63,005 nt of DNA from an uncultured Pseudomonadales bacterium. Lineage in GTDB: Bacteria; Patescibacteriota; Microgenomatia; UBA1400; PJMF01. Below, piece by piece: positions 50,360-60,393 of this stretch; the stretch's first letter is position 1; every line of letters starts with the position of its first letter. The DNA lies in NCBI GenBank assembly GCA_964509285.1, contig CAZDWQ010000001.1, positions 1 to 63,005 on the forward strand, in the 5' to 3' direction. Under the pieces are notes generated by a model. That model did not search any database, had not been told where the DNA came from, and saw only the letters and a list, made by a program, of their open reading frames with translations. A program made the position numbers and the translations under genes.

Positions 50360-51916
50360 ATGCAAGTAATTGAAGTGCCAGAAAATCAAGTAAAAGAAAT
50401 TTGGGCCAGAGCGTGTGCTCAGCTCGAAATTCAATTGTCTTCTGCTGTTTTTAATACTTGGATTGCTGCCAACCCACTTATCAAACTTGAATATGGCGAA
50501 GATAACACTTGCTTAGCAACAATTAGTAGTCCAACAGCATTTCACTCAACCAACTTAAAAAAGAACCTACATATTTCTATCAAACAAATTTTAGATAAAA
50601 TTACTGGCAAAAGCTGTGATATTCAATATATTGTTGGTTCTACTCCAACCCAGCAAACTCCACAGCAAGGGTTTTCTACTATTAGACAAACTATCCAACC
50701 GGAATTACAGCAAACTCAGTTTACTACTTCACAAACTTTGAACTCCGTTTTCAACCAGCCAGCTTTTTCAGGGCCAGGCCACTCAAATAGCTCTGCTAAT
50801 TCTACACATTCACCAAGAGTCGAAGATCTTTTTTCTCAAAACAACTTGGTTGCTGCTTCAGAAGACCGCGCTCAAGCAATTTCTCGTAGAATTGGCTTAC
50901 GAACCGATTTTACCTTTCAAACCTATGCTGTTTCACCAACTAACGAAATGGCTCATGCCGCAGCTCGAGCAGTTTCTGACCGTCCTGGCGTAGCATATAA
51001 CCCACTCTTTATTTATGGTGGCGTTGGTGTTGGGAAAACTCATTTAATGCACGCTATTGGCAATAACATTTTACGAAACAAACCAGATGCTAAAATTTTG
51101 TATTGTACGGGTGAAGAGTTTACTAATGAGATCGTTCAGGCAATTCAAAAAAAACAGACTGGAGGCTTTAAAAGTAAATATAGAAATACAAATGTGCTCC
51201 TTATTGACGATGTCCAATTTATTGCCGGTAAAGAAGCTGTTCAAGAAGAATTTTTCCATACATTTAACGCACTGACTCAATCACAAAGCCAGATTGTTTT
51301 GACTTCTGATCGCCCGCCTCAAAACATGACTTTACTGGTTGATCGTTTAAAATCTCGTTTTGAGGCAGGCTTAATGATCGACATTGGCCAGCCTTCTGAC
51401 GAACTTCGAGCCGCGATATTACTTGTCAAAGCAAGTGCTGTAAATCTTATTATTCCAACAGAACTAGCCCGAATCATTGCTTCAAAGGTTGATTCCGCCA
51501 GAAAAATTGAAGGAGTTATTACTAGTATTCGCTCTGAAGTTGAACTCAAAGGCAAAACAATTACCCCAGAACTGATTGCTCAAATTCTTGATAATGAAGT
51601 TTCAGAAAAAAAATCGATTTCTGCTTCACCTTCAGACATTATTAAAGCTGTCGCAGATCACTATAAACTCAAACAAACGGCACTCAAAGGTAAAAGACGT
51701 ATTAAATCACTTGTTACAGCGCGCCATATTGCTATGTTTTTACTCAAAAACGAGCTAGACCTTCCACTTGTTGAAATTGGCAGATGGTTTAGTGGCCGAG
51801 ATCATACTTCGGTTTTGCACGCGGTTAAAAAAGTTGAAAAAGATTTAATAACTGACGAATTAATTAGGCGCGAAGTATCAATGTTAAGACTCTCGTTAAC
51901 ACGAACTTCTCGGTAG
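50360..51916 (+). CDS. dnaA: Chromosomal replication initiator DnaA, with a long Gln/Thr/Ser-rich linker
   Basis: Walker A GGVGVGKTHLMHA, LLIDDVQF, and the C-terminal DnaA signature IGRWFSGRDHTSVLHAVKKV. Confidence 0.95.
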   Translation: MQVIEVPENQVKEIWARACAQLEIQLSSAVFNTWIAANPLIKLEYGEDNTCLATISSPTAFHSTNLKKNLHISIKQILDKITGKSCDIQYIVGSTPTQQTPQQGFSTIRQTIQPELQQTQFTTSQTLNSVFNQPAFSGPGHSNSSANSTHSPRVEDLFSQNNLVAASEDRAQAISRRIGLRTDFTFQTYAVSPTNEMAHAAARAVSDRPGVAYNPLFIYGGVGVGKTHLMHAIGNNILRNKPDAKILYCTGEEFTNEIVQAIQKKQTGGFKSKYRNTNVLLIDDVQFIAGKEAVQEEFFHTFNALTQSQSQIVLTSDRPPQNMTLLVDRLKSRFEAGLMIDIGQPSDELRAAILLVKASAVNLIIPTELARIIASKVDSARKIEGVITSIRSEVELKGKTITPELIAQILDNEVSEKKSISASPSDIIKAVADHYKLKQTALKGKRRIKSLVTARHIAMFLLKNELDLPLVEIGRWFSGRDHTSVLHAVKKVEKDLITDELIRREVSMLRLSLTRTSR

Positions 51917-52193
51917 ATTATCCACAGTTGTGAATAACTCTGTGAATAAATTGTGTATTAGTATGTGCATTAGTGTGAATAAAAAAATGTGAATGTTGAA
52001 AACTATCTGTTTATTAACAGTTGAGACCGTTTAATTCACACATATTATCAACATAAGAAAACCTGTAAAAAACACATACTATACACATCGTTCAACTTGA
52101 GACAAATAGCCATAGTTTTCCACTAAATCGGAAAGCCCTACTACTAAAACTACTAGATATTTATATAATAAAAACTTAAGAACAGGAAGAAAC
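51917..52193. promoter_or_regulatory. oriC candidate: DnaA-box cluster plus an AT-rich tract between dnaA and dnaN
   Basis: Perfect ttatccaca at 51918-51926. tgtgaataa at 51929-51937, 51941-51949 and 51974-51982. Weaker boxes at 51952-51960, 51988-51996, 52032-52040 and 52045-52053. AT-rich atatttatataataaaaa near 52157-52176. Confidence 0.75.
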
Positions 52194-53303
52194 ATGAAAT
52201 TAAAAGTTTTACAAGAAAATTTAAACATACTGCTCTCAAATCTTTCAAAAGCAATTCCTAGTAATCCTCAGTTGCCAATTCTCTCTTCTGTTTTGATTGA
52301 AACTGTAAATGGAGTTTGTACATTTAGTGCAACAGACTTATATTTTGGCATTCGTTGTAGTCTTACCGTTGATAGTGAACATGATGGAAACATTATTGTT
52401 CCAGGAAAACAGTTTAAAGAAATAGTTTCATCTCTTGATGCAGGTGTTCTTGAATTATCTTTTGTAGATAATACTCTTTTGATTTCAAATAAAAAAACAA
52501 ATATCTCTCTGTCTGGTTCTAATACTCATGAGTATCCCCTATTTCCTCAGATAAATGGCGAAGAATATGTATTTCCAATTCAATATTTTGAGCAAATAGA
52601 GACAAATATTGCGTTTAGTGCTTCTGCTGACCAAGCTCGTCCTGTTTTAACAGCTGTCTTGTTTGTATTTAGTAAAGAAGGCTTAGTTTGTGTAAGTACT
52701 GATGGTTTCAGACTTTCTACTCTAGTGATTGATGACTCTCAAGAGTTTGAACCAAAAACGTTCCTCATCCCTGCAAAAGCGCTCAGCGAGGTTTTTAGGA
52801 TTGCTAGCAAATTAAAAGTATCTGAGGTTCGTTTTAAGGTTTCTCATGAGCTTAAGCAAGTATTCTTTTCTTTGGACGGCGTTGAAATCTTCGTCAGATT
52901 GATAGAAGGAGAATATCCTCCGTTTGAAAGGATTATCCCTACAAAATTTACAACAGAGGTTATTTTTGATAGCTCTGAATTACTCGACAACCTCAAACGA
53001 GCAATGATCTTTGCCAGAGAATCTTCAAATATTGTAAGATTTGTTATCTCTCCAGATAAAGTAACGATCCACTCCTCTTCCCCATCTTTTGGTCAATATA
53101 CTGGTGAGCTGTATCAAGTTTCTGTCACAGGTGAATCAAACGAAATTGCGTTTAATATTAAATATTTACTCGACTATTTAACTGCGGTAAAGACAGAAAA
53201 ACAGTGGTTTGGTATGAGTGAAAATCTAAAGCCAGCGCTCTTTAGACCAGATAGTAATCAAAAACATCAATATGTGGTGATGCCGTTTAAGGTAAATGGA
53301 TAA
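52194..53303 (+). CDS. dnaN: DNA polymerase III beta sliding clamp
   Basis: MKLKVLQENLNILLSNLSKAIPSNPQLPILSSVLIE start, 369 aa, located directly after dnaA and oriC. Confidence 0.9.
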   Translation: MKLKVLQENLNILLSNLSKAIPSNPQLPILSSVLIETVNGVCTFSATDLYFGIRCSLTVDSEHDGNIIVPGKQFKEIVSSLDAGVLELSFVDNTLLISNKKTNISLSGSNTHEYPLFPQINGEEYVFPIQYFEQIETNIAFSASADQARPVLTAVLFVFSKEGLVCVSTDGFRLSTLVIDDSQEFEPKTFLIPAKALSEVFRIASKLKVSEVRFKVSHELKQVFFSLDGVEIFVRLIEGEYPPFERIIPTKFTTEVIFDSSELLDNLKRAMIFARESSNIVRFVISPDKVTIHSSSPSFGQYTGELYQVSVTGESNEIAFNIKYLLDYLTAVKTEKQWFGMSENLKPALFRPDSNQKHQYVVMPFKVNG

Positions 53304-53404
53304 TAATAGCTTGTTGGTTATTTGCAATAGCCCCCACCTTTTAAGACTTCCAAAGGAGGATTTTTCTGGTACAATAGCATCCTTACGAATAGAAGGTTTA
53401 GATT

Positions 53405-53566
53405 ATGAAAAGAACATGGAATCCAAAAAAACGCAAAAGAATAAGAAAACATGGCTTTATGAAGAGAATGGCTACTCTTGGTGGTAGAAACGTTCTTAAA
53501 AGAAGAAGAGCTAAAGGTAGAGTAAAGCTTTCAGTTGTAAAAAAAACAAAAATAAAAAGTAATTAA
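53405..53566 (+). CDS. rpmH: 50S ribosomal protein L34
   Basis: Not in the track because it is under 60 aa. My translation is [53 protein letters not shown]. Confidence 0.9.
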   Translation: MKRTWNPKKRKRIRKHGFMKRMATLGGRNVLKRRRAKGRVKLSVVKKTKIKSN

Positions 53567-53575
53567 AGGTTAAAA

Positions 53576-53905
53576 GTGCTGAATAAGCAATTTAGACTAA
53601 ATTTACACGAAGAAATTGATTTTTTCTCGAGTTGTAAAAAAGTTCACACCCCTTACTTTAGTTTGTTTTATAAAGAATCAGAAACATTTCAGGCAACTGT
53701 AATAGTTACTAAAAAAACATTTGTTTTATCAACAAAAAGAAACGCTCTGAAAAGAAGATTTAGAAGTGCTGTACAAAGTCTTCTAAACGACTTAACTAAA
53801 TTGAAAATTAAATTAGCAATTGTTGTGCATGTAAAAGGCGCTGAATTGTCCGTGAGCGAAATTGCACAACAAATTGAAAAAAATGTACAAAAAATACGGA
53901 TATAA
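53576..53905 (+). CDS. rnpA: Ribonuclease P protein component
   Basis: GTG start. Basic 109-aa protein containing NALKRRFRSAV. Conserved rpmH-rnpA-yidD-yidC order. Confidence 0.8.
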   Translation: MLNKQFRLNLHEEIDFFSSCKKVHTPYFSLFYKESETFQATVIVTKKTFVLSTKRNALKRRFRSAVQSLLNDLTKLKIKLAIVVHVKGAELSVSEIAQQIEKNVQKIRI

Positions 53906-54092
53906 ATTTTTATTTTCAGTGTACCAAATAGGTAGACCAATTCGATATTCTCTGTTAAAAAGTGTATTTGGTATAGTAATTCATTGTAAACATACCCCAA
54001 CTTGTGGAACCTATATGTTCCAACAAATAAAAAAACGAGGTGCAGTTATCGGTATTTTAAAAGGTTTAAAACAAGTAGCAACTTGTTGGTAA
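53862..54092 (+). CDS. yidD: Membrane protein insertion efficiency factor YidD
   Basis: The CKHTPTCGTYMFQQIKKRGAVIGILKGLKQVATC pattern is present. It overlaps the rnpA 3' end. An alternative start exists at 53883. Confidence 0.8.
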   Translation: MHNKLKKMYKKYGYKFLFSVYQIGRPIRYSLLKSVFGIVIHCKHTPTCGTYMFQQIKKRGAVIGILKGLKQVATCW

Positions 54093-54109
54093 AAAAATAA
54101 AGGAGAAAT

Positions 54110-54868
54110 ATGGGATTTATTACAGAAGGCTTTCATCAACTATTAGTTTTCTTGGTAGAAACAACGGGGTCTCTTGGTCTTGCAATTATTGTTTTTACTT
54201 TTTTAATTAGAAGTGCGTTGGTACCACTTACTCTCCCCTCTTTAAGATCTACTAAGAAATTACAAGAGCTTCAACCTGAGATGAAGAAACTGCAAAAACT
54301 TCATGGAAAAGATAGACAAGCTTTGCAACAAGCACAATTAGAACTATATAAAAAATATAATGTGAATCCCCTCTCTGGTTGTATTCCTCAATTATTACAA
54401 CTTGGTGTCTTGATATTGCTTTATCAAACACTCATTGGCTTTATAAATAAAAATGGTGGTTTAGTTGATATGAATTTTCTTTGGCTCAACTTATCTATTC
54501 CAGATTCAAAATATATTTTGCCAGTCTTAGCAATGTTAACTCAATTAGTGCTTTCTTTAATGATTGCCCCAGGAGCTGAAACAAAAGATGTTGTCCCAAA
54601 CACTTCAAAATCAAAGAAAATTCAAAAATTAAATGAAAAAGAAGAAGATACTGCTGACATGGCAAAATCAATGCAACAACAAATGATGTTCATGATGCCA
54701 ATTATGACAGGATTCATTGCTTTGAAATTCCCATCTGGTTTAGCATTATATTGGGTAGCAACTACTGTCTTTAGTATTGGGCAACAGTGGTATATTTCAG
54801 GCCCAGGTGGATTATTTATCTACAGTAAGAGAGCTGTCTTATTTGTAAAATCAAAATTAGCAAAATAA
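54110..54868 (+). CDS. yidC: Membrane protein insertase YidC (short, Gram-positive-type)
   Basis: AAGGAG Shine-Dalgarno sequence. ELYKKYNVNPLSGCIPQLLQLGVLILLYQ and GLALYWVATTVFSIGQQ. Confidence 0.9.
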   Translation: MGFITEGFHQLLVFLVETTGSLGLAIIVFTFLIRSALVPLTLPSLRSTKKLQELQPEMKKLQKLHGKDRQALQQAQLELYKKYNVNPLSGCIPQLLQLGVLILLYQTLIGFINKNGGLVDMNFLWLNLSIPDSKYILPVLAMLTQLVLSLMIAPGAETKDVVPNTSKSKKIQKLNEKEEDTADMAKSMQQQMMFMMPIMTGFIALKFPSGLALYWVATTVFSIGQQWYISGPGGLFIYSKRAVLFVKSKLAK

Positions 54869-54895
54869 TATATCAATATAAAGTGAAGGAATAAA

Positions 54896-55372
54896 ATGAC
54901 AATCGATACATTTTTAACACAACTCTGCGAACACTGTGGTGTTGCGCATGAAGACATTAAATTAAATCTTGAGAATCTTGAAAAAGAAATAGTTGTGACG
55001 CTGGAAGTTCCAGAAGCAGATTCAGGTATTTTTATTGGTCACCATGGTGAAGGAATAGATTCTATCCAAAGACTTTTAAGAATTATTTTTCAAGATAACG
55101 AAAATCCAGACATGGATAAAAAAATCACCCTCAACGTTAATGGATATAGAGAAAAACGAGAAGATAGATTAAAAGACTTAACCTATTCAATCGCAAACAG
55201 AGTTTTGCAAACCGGCAGACCATACACTTTTGAGAACTATCTTCCAGCTCACGAACGATTTGTGATCCATTCTACTCTTTCAGAAGAAAAAGATTTTCAC
55301 GAGCTTGAAAGTGTTTCTGAAGGTGACGGCAAAGATAGAAAACTAACAATTCAACTTAAAAAGTCAAATTAA
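54896..55372 (+). CDS. jag: Jag/KhpB-like RNA-binding protein (KH plus R3H)
   Basis: KH-like FIGHHGEGIDSIQRLLR and R3H-like ERFVIHSTL. Located downstream of yidC. Confidence 0.75.
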   Translation: MTIDTFLTQLCEHCGVAHEDIKLNLENLEKEIVVTLEVPEADSGIFIGHHGEGIDSIQRLLRIIFQDNENPDMDKKITLNVNGYREKREDRLKDLTYSIANRVLQTGRPYTFENYLPAHERFVIHSTLSEEKDFHELESVSEGDGKDRKLTIQLKKSN

Positions 55373-55397
55373 ATAGTAACAAAAACAAAGGTTGTGT

Positions 55398-55811
55398 ATG
55401 CAATTAAACGTTTTTACAGACGGTGGTTCTAGAGGAAATCCTGGAGATGCAGCTATTGGAGGTGTGGTCTATACACCAGAAAAAAAGATTTTATTTGAAC
55501 TTTCAAAATATATCGGTGTAGCAACAAATAACGAAGCTGAATACACTGCTCTTTTGACCATTTTAGAATGGGTTTTAAAAAACAAAACTGGTGTTGATAG
55601 AGTTGTTTGTAACTTAGATTCCAAACTTGTTGTTGAACAAATGAATAGAAAATGGAAAATTAAAGAACCTCGAATGCGAGACCTTGCTCAAAAATGTTGG
55701 GATGTTGTTGCAAAACTAGGAATAGAAGTAGTTTTTGTACATGTGATGCGCGAACGAAATACGGCAGCTGATTTGCTGGTAAATCAGGCGCTTGATGCAC
55801 AGCAACAGTAA
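55398..55811 (+). CDS. rnhA: Ribonuclease HI
   Basis: VFTDGGSRGNPGDAAIG, NNEAEYTALL and NTAADLLVNQALD (DEDD residues) are present. Confidence 0.8.
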   Translation: MQLNVFTDGGSRGNPGDAAIGGVVYTPEKKILFELSKYIGVATNNEAEYTALLTILEWVLKNKTGVDRVVCNLDSKLVVEQMNRKWKIKEPRMRDLAQKCWDVVAKLGIEVVFVHVMRERNTAADLLVNQALDAQQQ

Positions 55812-55866
55812 TTGATACACAAAAAGCCCCTTTTACTATTCTCAGCTTTTTTTTACAATAAAACAG

Positions 55867-58821
55867 ATGTCTAGACTTGTCACACAACTGGTCGCTGATG
55901 AACCGGCGATTATTTTAGTGGGAGAAAACACCATTTTAAGAGAAAAATTGGCTACTGCTTTGAGAAGCAAAAATGTGGCTGTTTATTCTGTATCAGCAAA
56001 CGAGGTTTCGGGGAACATCCAAAAGTTGAACGAAGCATATAAAATTATTTGGGTTTGTGATACCAAAACACACATAGATAAATATCTGGAAGATTTACAA
56101 AACTTAGCCAAAATTTCTACTCAACTTATCGTAGTATTACCAGTTTTAAGCGGAATTACCTCTTTTCAAAGTAATTTACTAACAAACTGGGTTGCAGACA
56201 CAAAAGATCAGCTACAATTTATCGTTGATTGCAATTATTATCTCCCTTTGGCTAGTTTTATTTTCGGACAGGATTTAATTGGAAATAATAATGATATATC
56301 AATATTTAATTACTTATTAAAGCCGTCAAAAGACAATATTTTAATTGATCCTGTTAGCGATATAAGTTTTTTGAGTATTGATGACTTTATTTTACAAATA
56401 GTGAGCTCTATATTTACCCCTAAAAAACAAATTAGTATTTTAGTTAAGGGAAAACCAGTTAATAGTACCCATTTTATTAGTTTAGTTAAAAAACTGTATG
56501 ATGCGTATCACAACACCAACCTTGAAATTATTAGAGATAAAGTAGATTTCAGTAAAGTAGTCCCCTTTTCTGTTTCTGAGAAAGCGCTTTCTTCTGATAG
56601 CCGAGCAATTGCAACACATCTAGTTAAGAGTCTGCCAGCGCCAACAAAAATTGAAGAAGCTCCTGTGGTTATTCCTTCTCCGTTGAAACAACCTGAAAAG
56701 GTCGTAGAAAAAGAGATTTTAGAAAAAGTGGTACCGTTCACACCAGAGCCACGTGTAACAGAGCCAGAACTATTAGAACCCTTTGAACCAACGGTGCCAG
56801 AAACACAGATTTCAATCCAAGAAATTCAAGAGACCCCAGTTGTTCAAACACAACCAACACCTGCTGTTGCGGAAGATGTTGATCTTAACAAGGAAATTCA
56901 GCGAATATTCAAGACAACTAGAACTGAAACCAAGGTCGAAAGGGTTGAAAACATTGTCAAATCAACCAAAAAAATCGGCAAAAAATCAAAACGCAGAACA
57001 AAGCTTTTCTATGGAGGCTTACTTTCTATTGGTATGGCGGTTGGAATACTTTTATTAGCAACAACGTACCTTATCTCTGGGGCAATCCTTAAAAAGCAAG
57101 TAGTGAGCTTTTTAACAAGTACCGCAGAAAGCCAAAACGTTACTCAAGTGTTTGGTGTTTCATTAGCGAAAACCACAGATTTTGTTGGAGCACAAACAAA
57201 TGTATACAGCCAGATACTAGAGCTCAATATAATTTCTCAAAACTCAGTTTTGGTTAGTTTGATTCAACAATTTAAGGAACTACCAACAATTTTGGCACAA
57301 GCTGATCAGTCGTCTAAAAACCTTGTTTTAAATATTCTGAGTGGAAGTATCGGAAACACAACTGAACTGACTGAAAATTTGACTCGTAGCGTCTCAGAAG
57401 CCTATGAACGGTTGTCTTTAATACAAGCAACGCTTGGGCAAGTTGATTTGGGTGAAAATTCAGAAAAACAAAATAAAGTTATTGACCAAATTGGTAAAAA
57501 AATTCAAGAGATCAGATCTGGTTTAGAGATTCATCAAGAACTGCAACAAGTTTTACCAGATATGGTTGGTGTGTCAGGAAAAAGAACCTACGCTCTGCTC
57601 TTGCAGAATAACCAAGAACTCCGCCCTACTGGTGGTTTTATTCAAGCAGTTGCGTTGCTTAATTTTGATGACGGTAGCTTGGTTTCTTATCAAGTCTATT
57701 CAATTTATGAGCTGGATAAAAAATTGCCAGGACAAGTTGTTCCTCCAGATGACATAAAAACTCATCTTGGGGAAAGCAACTGGTATCTCAGGGACAGCAA
57801 TTGGAGTCCAGATTTCCCTAAAACAAGTAAACAAGTAGCCTGGTTTATTGAAAAATCACTCGGGGTAAATGTGAATGGCGTAATAGCAATGAATGTTTTT
57901 AGTTTAAGCGATCTTCTCAAGGCAGTAGGGCCAATAGATTTACCAGAATATAACGAAGTTATCACCGATAAAAATATTGAGGAACGCATGGAATTTCACT
58001 CAGAGGTGGTTCTTGTTGATTCTCCACAGTCAGTTGATTACTCCGTTAAAGTTCTCACAAAAACCCTAGACAGTCTTTCTTCTCTAGAGGAAAAAAGCGT
58101 CCCTACCCTTCTCACTAGCCTCCAAAATTCACTAGAAACAAAACAAACGCAAATATATTCTAGTGTCGAGAGCGAACAAGCAATTCTGCAGATTTTAGGT
58201 TGGACAGGAGCTTTGACCCAGCCCTCCTGCCCTTCTCGGCTGAGCGTTGTTGACTGCTTAGTTGACAGCATGGCTCAAGTTGAAGCAAATATTGGTATAA
58301 ACAAAGCAAATTATTATCTCGAGAGAACAATAGATCACAAAATATTTGTTACCAGAGAACGTGCTCAACATACCAGAATAATAACGTTTGACAACAAGGC
58401 TCAGTCAAATTCTTGGCCAAAAGGCACATATAAAACATACGTACGATTTTTTGTTAATCCAAATGTGACAGTAGAAAAAGTATTAATTAATGGGGCTGAA
58501 TTAACTCAAAATCAGATTATCCAGACAGAAGAAGACGGTTTCAAGGTGATTGGTTTACGAGTGGATGTTCCAATTCAAAAACAAATCAAGCTTGATCTTG
58601 TCTACTCTACCCCATTAAATGTTGCTGGCGACTTTTCTTATGTTTTTTATAATAGAAAACAATCTGGTTTAGACGCCGATCCATTCACCGTGAGCATTAC
58701 TCATGCTCCAGACATTAAGCCAGTTTTGGTTGCTCCAAATGCTACGATTACTGGAGACACTATAACCTTCTCTGCGCAATCTCTTGATGAAGCGGTTCTT
58801 TTTGGAGTTAAATTCGAATAG
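55867..58821 (+). CDS. DUF4012 domain-containing membrane protein (984 aa)
   Basis: A TM helix near aa 385, then YALLLQNNQELRPTGGFIQAVALLNFDDG, the hallmark DUF4012 motif. Confidence 0.7.
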   Translation: MSRLVTQLVADEPAIILVGENTILREKLATALRSKNVAVYSVSANEVSGNIQKLNEAYKIIWVCDTKTHIDKYLEDLQNLAKISTQLIVVLPVLSGITSFQSNLLTNWVADTKDQLQFIVDCNYYLPLASFIFGQDLIGNNNDISIFNYLLKPSKDNILIDPVSDISFLSIDDFILQIVSSIFTPKKQISILVKGKPVNSTHFISLVKKLYDAYHNTNLEIIRDKVDFSKVVPFSVSEKALSSDSRAIATHLVKSLPAPTKIEEAPVVIPSPLKQPEKVVEKEILEKVVPFTPEPRVTEPELLEPFEPTVPETQISIQEIQETPVVQTQPTPAVAEDVDLNKEIQRIFKTTRTETKVERVENIVKSTKKIGKKSKRRTKLFYGGLLSIGMAVGILLLATTYLISGAILKKQVVSFLTSTAESQNVTQVFGVSLAKTTDFVGAQTNVYSQILELNIISQNSVLVSLIQQFKELPTILAQADQSSKNLVLNILSGSIGNTTELTENLTRSVSEAYERLSLIQATLGQVDLGENSEKQNKVIDQIGKKIQEIRSGLEIHQELQQVLPDMVGVSGKRTYALLLQNNQELRPTGGFIQAVALLNFDDGSLVSYQVYSIYELDKKLPGQVVPPDDIKTHLGESNWYLRDSNWSPDFPKTSKQVAWFIEKSLGVNVNGVIAMNVFSLSDLLKAVGPIDLPEYNEVITDKNIEERMEFHSEVVLVDSPQSVDYSVKVLTKTLDSLSSLEEKSVPTLLTSLQNSLETKQTQIYSSVESEQAILQILGWTGALTQPSCPSRLSVVDCLVDSMAQVEANIGINKANYYLERTIDHKIFVTRERAQHTRIITFDNKAQSNSWPKGTYKTYVRFFVNPNVTVEKVLINGAELTQNQIIQTEEDGFKVIGLRVDVPIQKQIKLDLVYSTPLNVAGDFSYVFYNRKQSGLDADPFTVSITHAPDIKPVLVAPNATITGDTITFSAQSLDEAVLFGVKFE

Positions 58822-59062
58822 TTTTTACTGTTTATAATACGTCTAATTTTGCTTATTGTGCTTTGTTTTTGAGTGTGATATTTTTGCTATGTGAGGCGTT
58901 GTACAAGATGGGTATGCGCCAATAATAGCATTTTTAACCTATACCGATGACAGTATTGAGTCACGGGCACTTGATATATATCTTTTTAGCTGTATACTAA
59001 GTACGGTAGTAATTCTAGTGGGAAAAGCACAAACTTTTTCCAAAGAAAGTAACGCATACTAT

Positions 59063-59755
59063 ATGACAAGTTCTTCTGAAAAAATTCTTTTTCACGTCTT
59101 TTCACGCGATGAATCAGGTACAGGTTCTGCTAAAAAATTAAGAAAACAAGGCAAAGTTGTTGGAAACGTATATGGTTTAGGCAGTGATTCTGTCGGTGTA
59201 TACATGGACAGACAAGCAATTAAAAAATTATACGCATCACACGGTGATACCGGGCTTATTTACCTCCAAATAGGGGAGTCAAAGCAACAAGTTCCTGTCT
59301 TAATTTCAGATTATGCAACAGATCCATTTGGAGAAAATCTCTTACATGTTGCATTTAGAAGAGTTGACCTTTCTGACCCAATCCAGGCAGAAATCTCAAT
59401 ACACATGGTCGGTGAGACAAGTATTCCTGACTCTGTTGTCAGTTTGGTTAAAGACAGTGTTGAGATTGAGGCACTACCTGCAGATCTTCCAGAGAAGTTT
59501 GAGGTTGATATATCAGGACTTACTGAGATTGGCCAAAGCATTAGCTTAGCTGAATTAAAATACGATAAAAGTAAAATTACACTTATGTTGGATGAAGACC
59601 AAAATCCAGAGGAAATACCTCTAGTGATTGTCCAAGCTATTGCTGGAGAAGTTGAAGAAGAAGCAACCCCAGAGACAGTAGTTGGTGATGGCGAAGTTGC
59701 TGAGGGAGAAGAAGGTGAAAAACCAGCTCCAGCTGAAGAAAAAGCCGCTGAATAA
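59063..59755 (+). CDS. rplY: 50S ribosomal protein L25/general stress protein Ctc, with an acidic C-terminal tail
   Basis: GSAKKLRKQGKVVGNVYG and the GENLLHVAFRRV pattern are present. The ATG at 59063 is preferred over the upstream GTG at 59018. Confidence 0.8.
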   Translation: MTSSSEKILFHVFSRDESGTGSAKKLRKQGKVVGNVYGLGSDSVGVYMDRQAIKKLYASHGDTGLIYLQIGESKQQVPVLISDYATDPFGENLLHVAFRRVDLSDPIQAEISIHMVGETSIPDSVVSLVKDSVEIEALPADLPEKFEVDISGLTEIGQSISLAELKYDKSKITLMLDEDQNPEEIPLVIVQAIAGEVEEEATPETVVGDGEVAEGEEGEKPAPAEEKAAE

Positions 59756-59787
59756 TTATTCAAAATTCAAAATAAAAACAAATTAAA

Positions 59788-59821
59788 ACTCCCTGACTTG
59801 TATAAGCGGGGAGTTTTTTTG
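59788..59821 (+). terminator. Rho-independent terminator after rplY
   Basis: actccc (59788-59793) pairs with gggagt (59809-59814), followed by T8. Confidence 0.65.
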
Positions 59822-59974
59822 TAACAACTTGGCGGGAAACCTTGGCTGTAACGGTAGCGTAGCGATAGTTAGTGGTGGTTAAGATTGGAGTAGGGGACAG
59901 TAAAAAAACTGACTTTGTTGGCCGGGTTAAATGGCTAGTAACAAGCTAAAAAAATATTCAAATGGAAAGCTGAT

Positions 59975-60388
59975 TTATTCAAAAAGAGGATTATTTGGAT
60001 CAATATTTACGGCAGAGTTCTTATATTCTGCTGCTTTTTCATCGAGTCCAAGGGCAGAGTAGAGGTGTGACAAATTGAGCAAAACATCTCTCGAGTGGGG
60101 TTGGGTTTGTGACACCTGTTCCCAGAACGCTATTCTTGATTTTATTTCTTCATCAGTTAAGCTGTTAAGTTCATATAATTGTGTGTTTTTTGGCACAATG
60201 GTAGAAACGGCTTGAATTGGTTTTTGTACTGTATTTAGCAAAGAAATCCCCCCAATTAGAACCAGTAATCCAGTGACAAAAAGCCCAATAATTACTGGTT
60301 TTGCTTTATTAGAAAAGTTTGCTGTAAGGCGCAATAAAAACACTCCTAGATAAAAAATGAGTCGCAGTTTAAAGAGTAAAAACTTCAT
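59975..60388 (-). CDS. Membrane-anchored TPR-like protein
   Basis: Two N-terminal hydrophobic segments. C-terminal LLNLSHLYSALGLDEKAAEYKNSAVNIDPNNP is TPR-like. Confidence 0.5.
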   Translation of the reverse strand: MKFLLFKLRLIFYLGVFLLRLTANFSNKAKPVIIGLFVTGLLVLIGGISLLNTVQKPIQAVSTIVPKNTQLYELNSLTDEEIKSRIAFWEQVSQTQPHSRDVLLNLSHLYSALGLDEKAAEYKNSAVNIDPNNPLFE

Positions 60389-60393
60389 ATAAA

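Noticed and set aside
53296-53487. 63-aa ORF from the track between dnaN and rnpA.
   Set aside because: The real gene here is rpmH (53405-53566) in another frame. Its product is an unmistakable L34 sequence. The 63-aa ORF overlaps the dnaN stop and has no features.
59311-59763. 150-aa minus-strand ORF, plus a 78-aa plus-strand ORF at 59313-59549.
   Set aside because: Both overlap the well-supported rplY/ctc frame and have low-complexity products.
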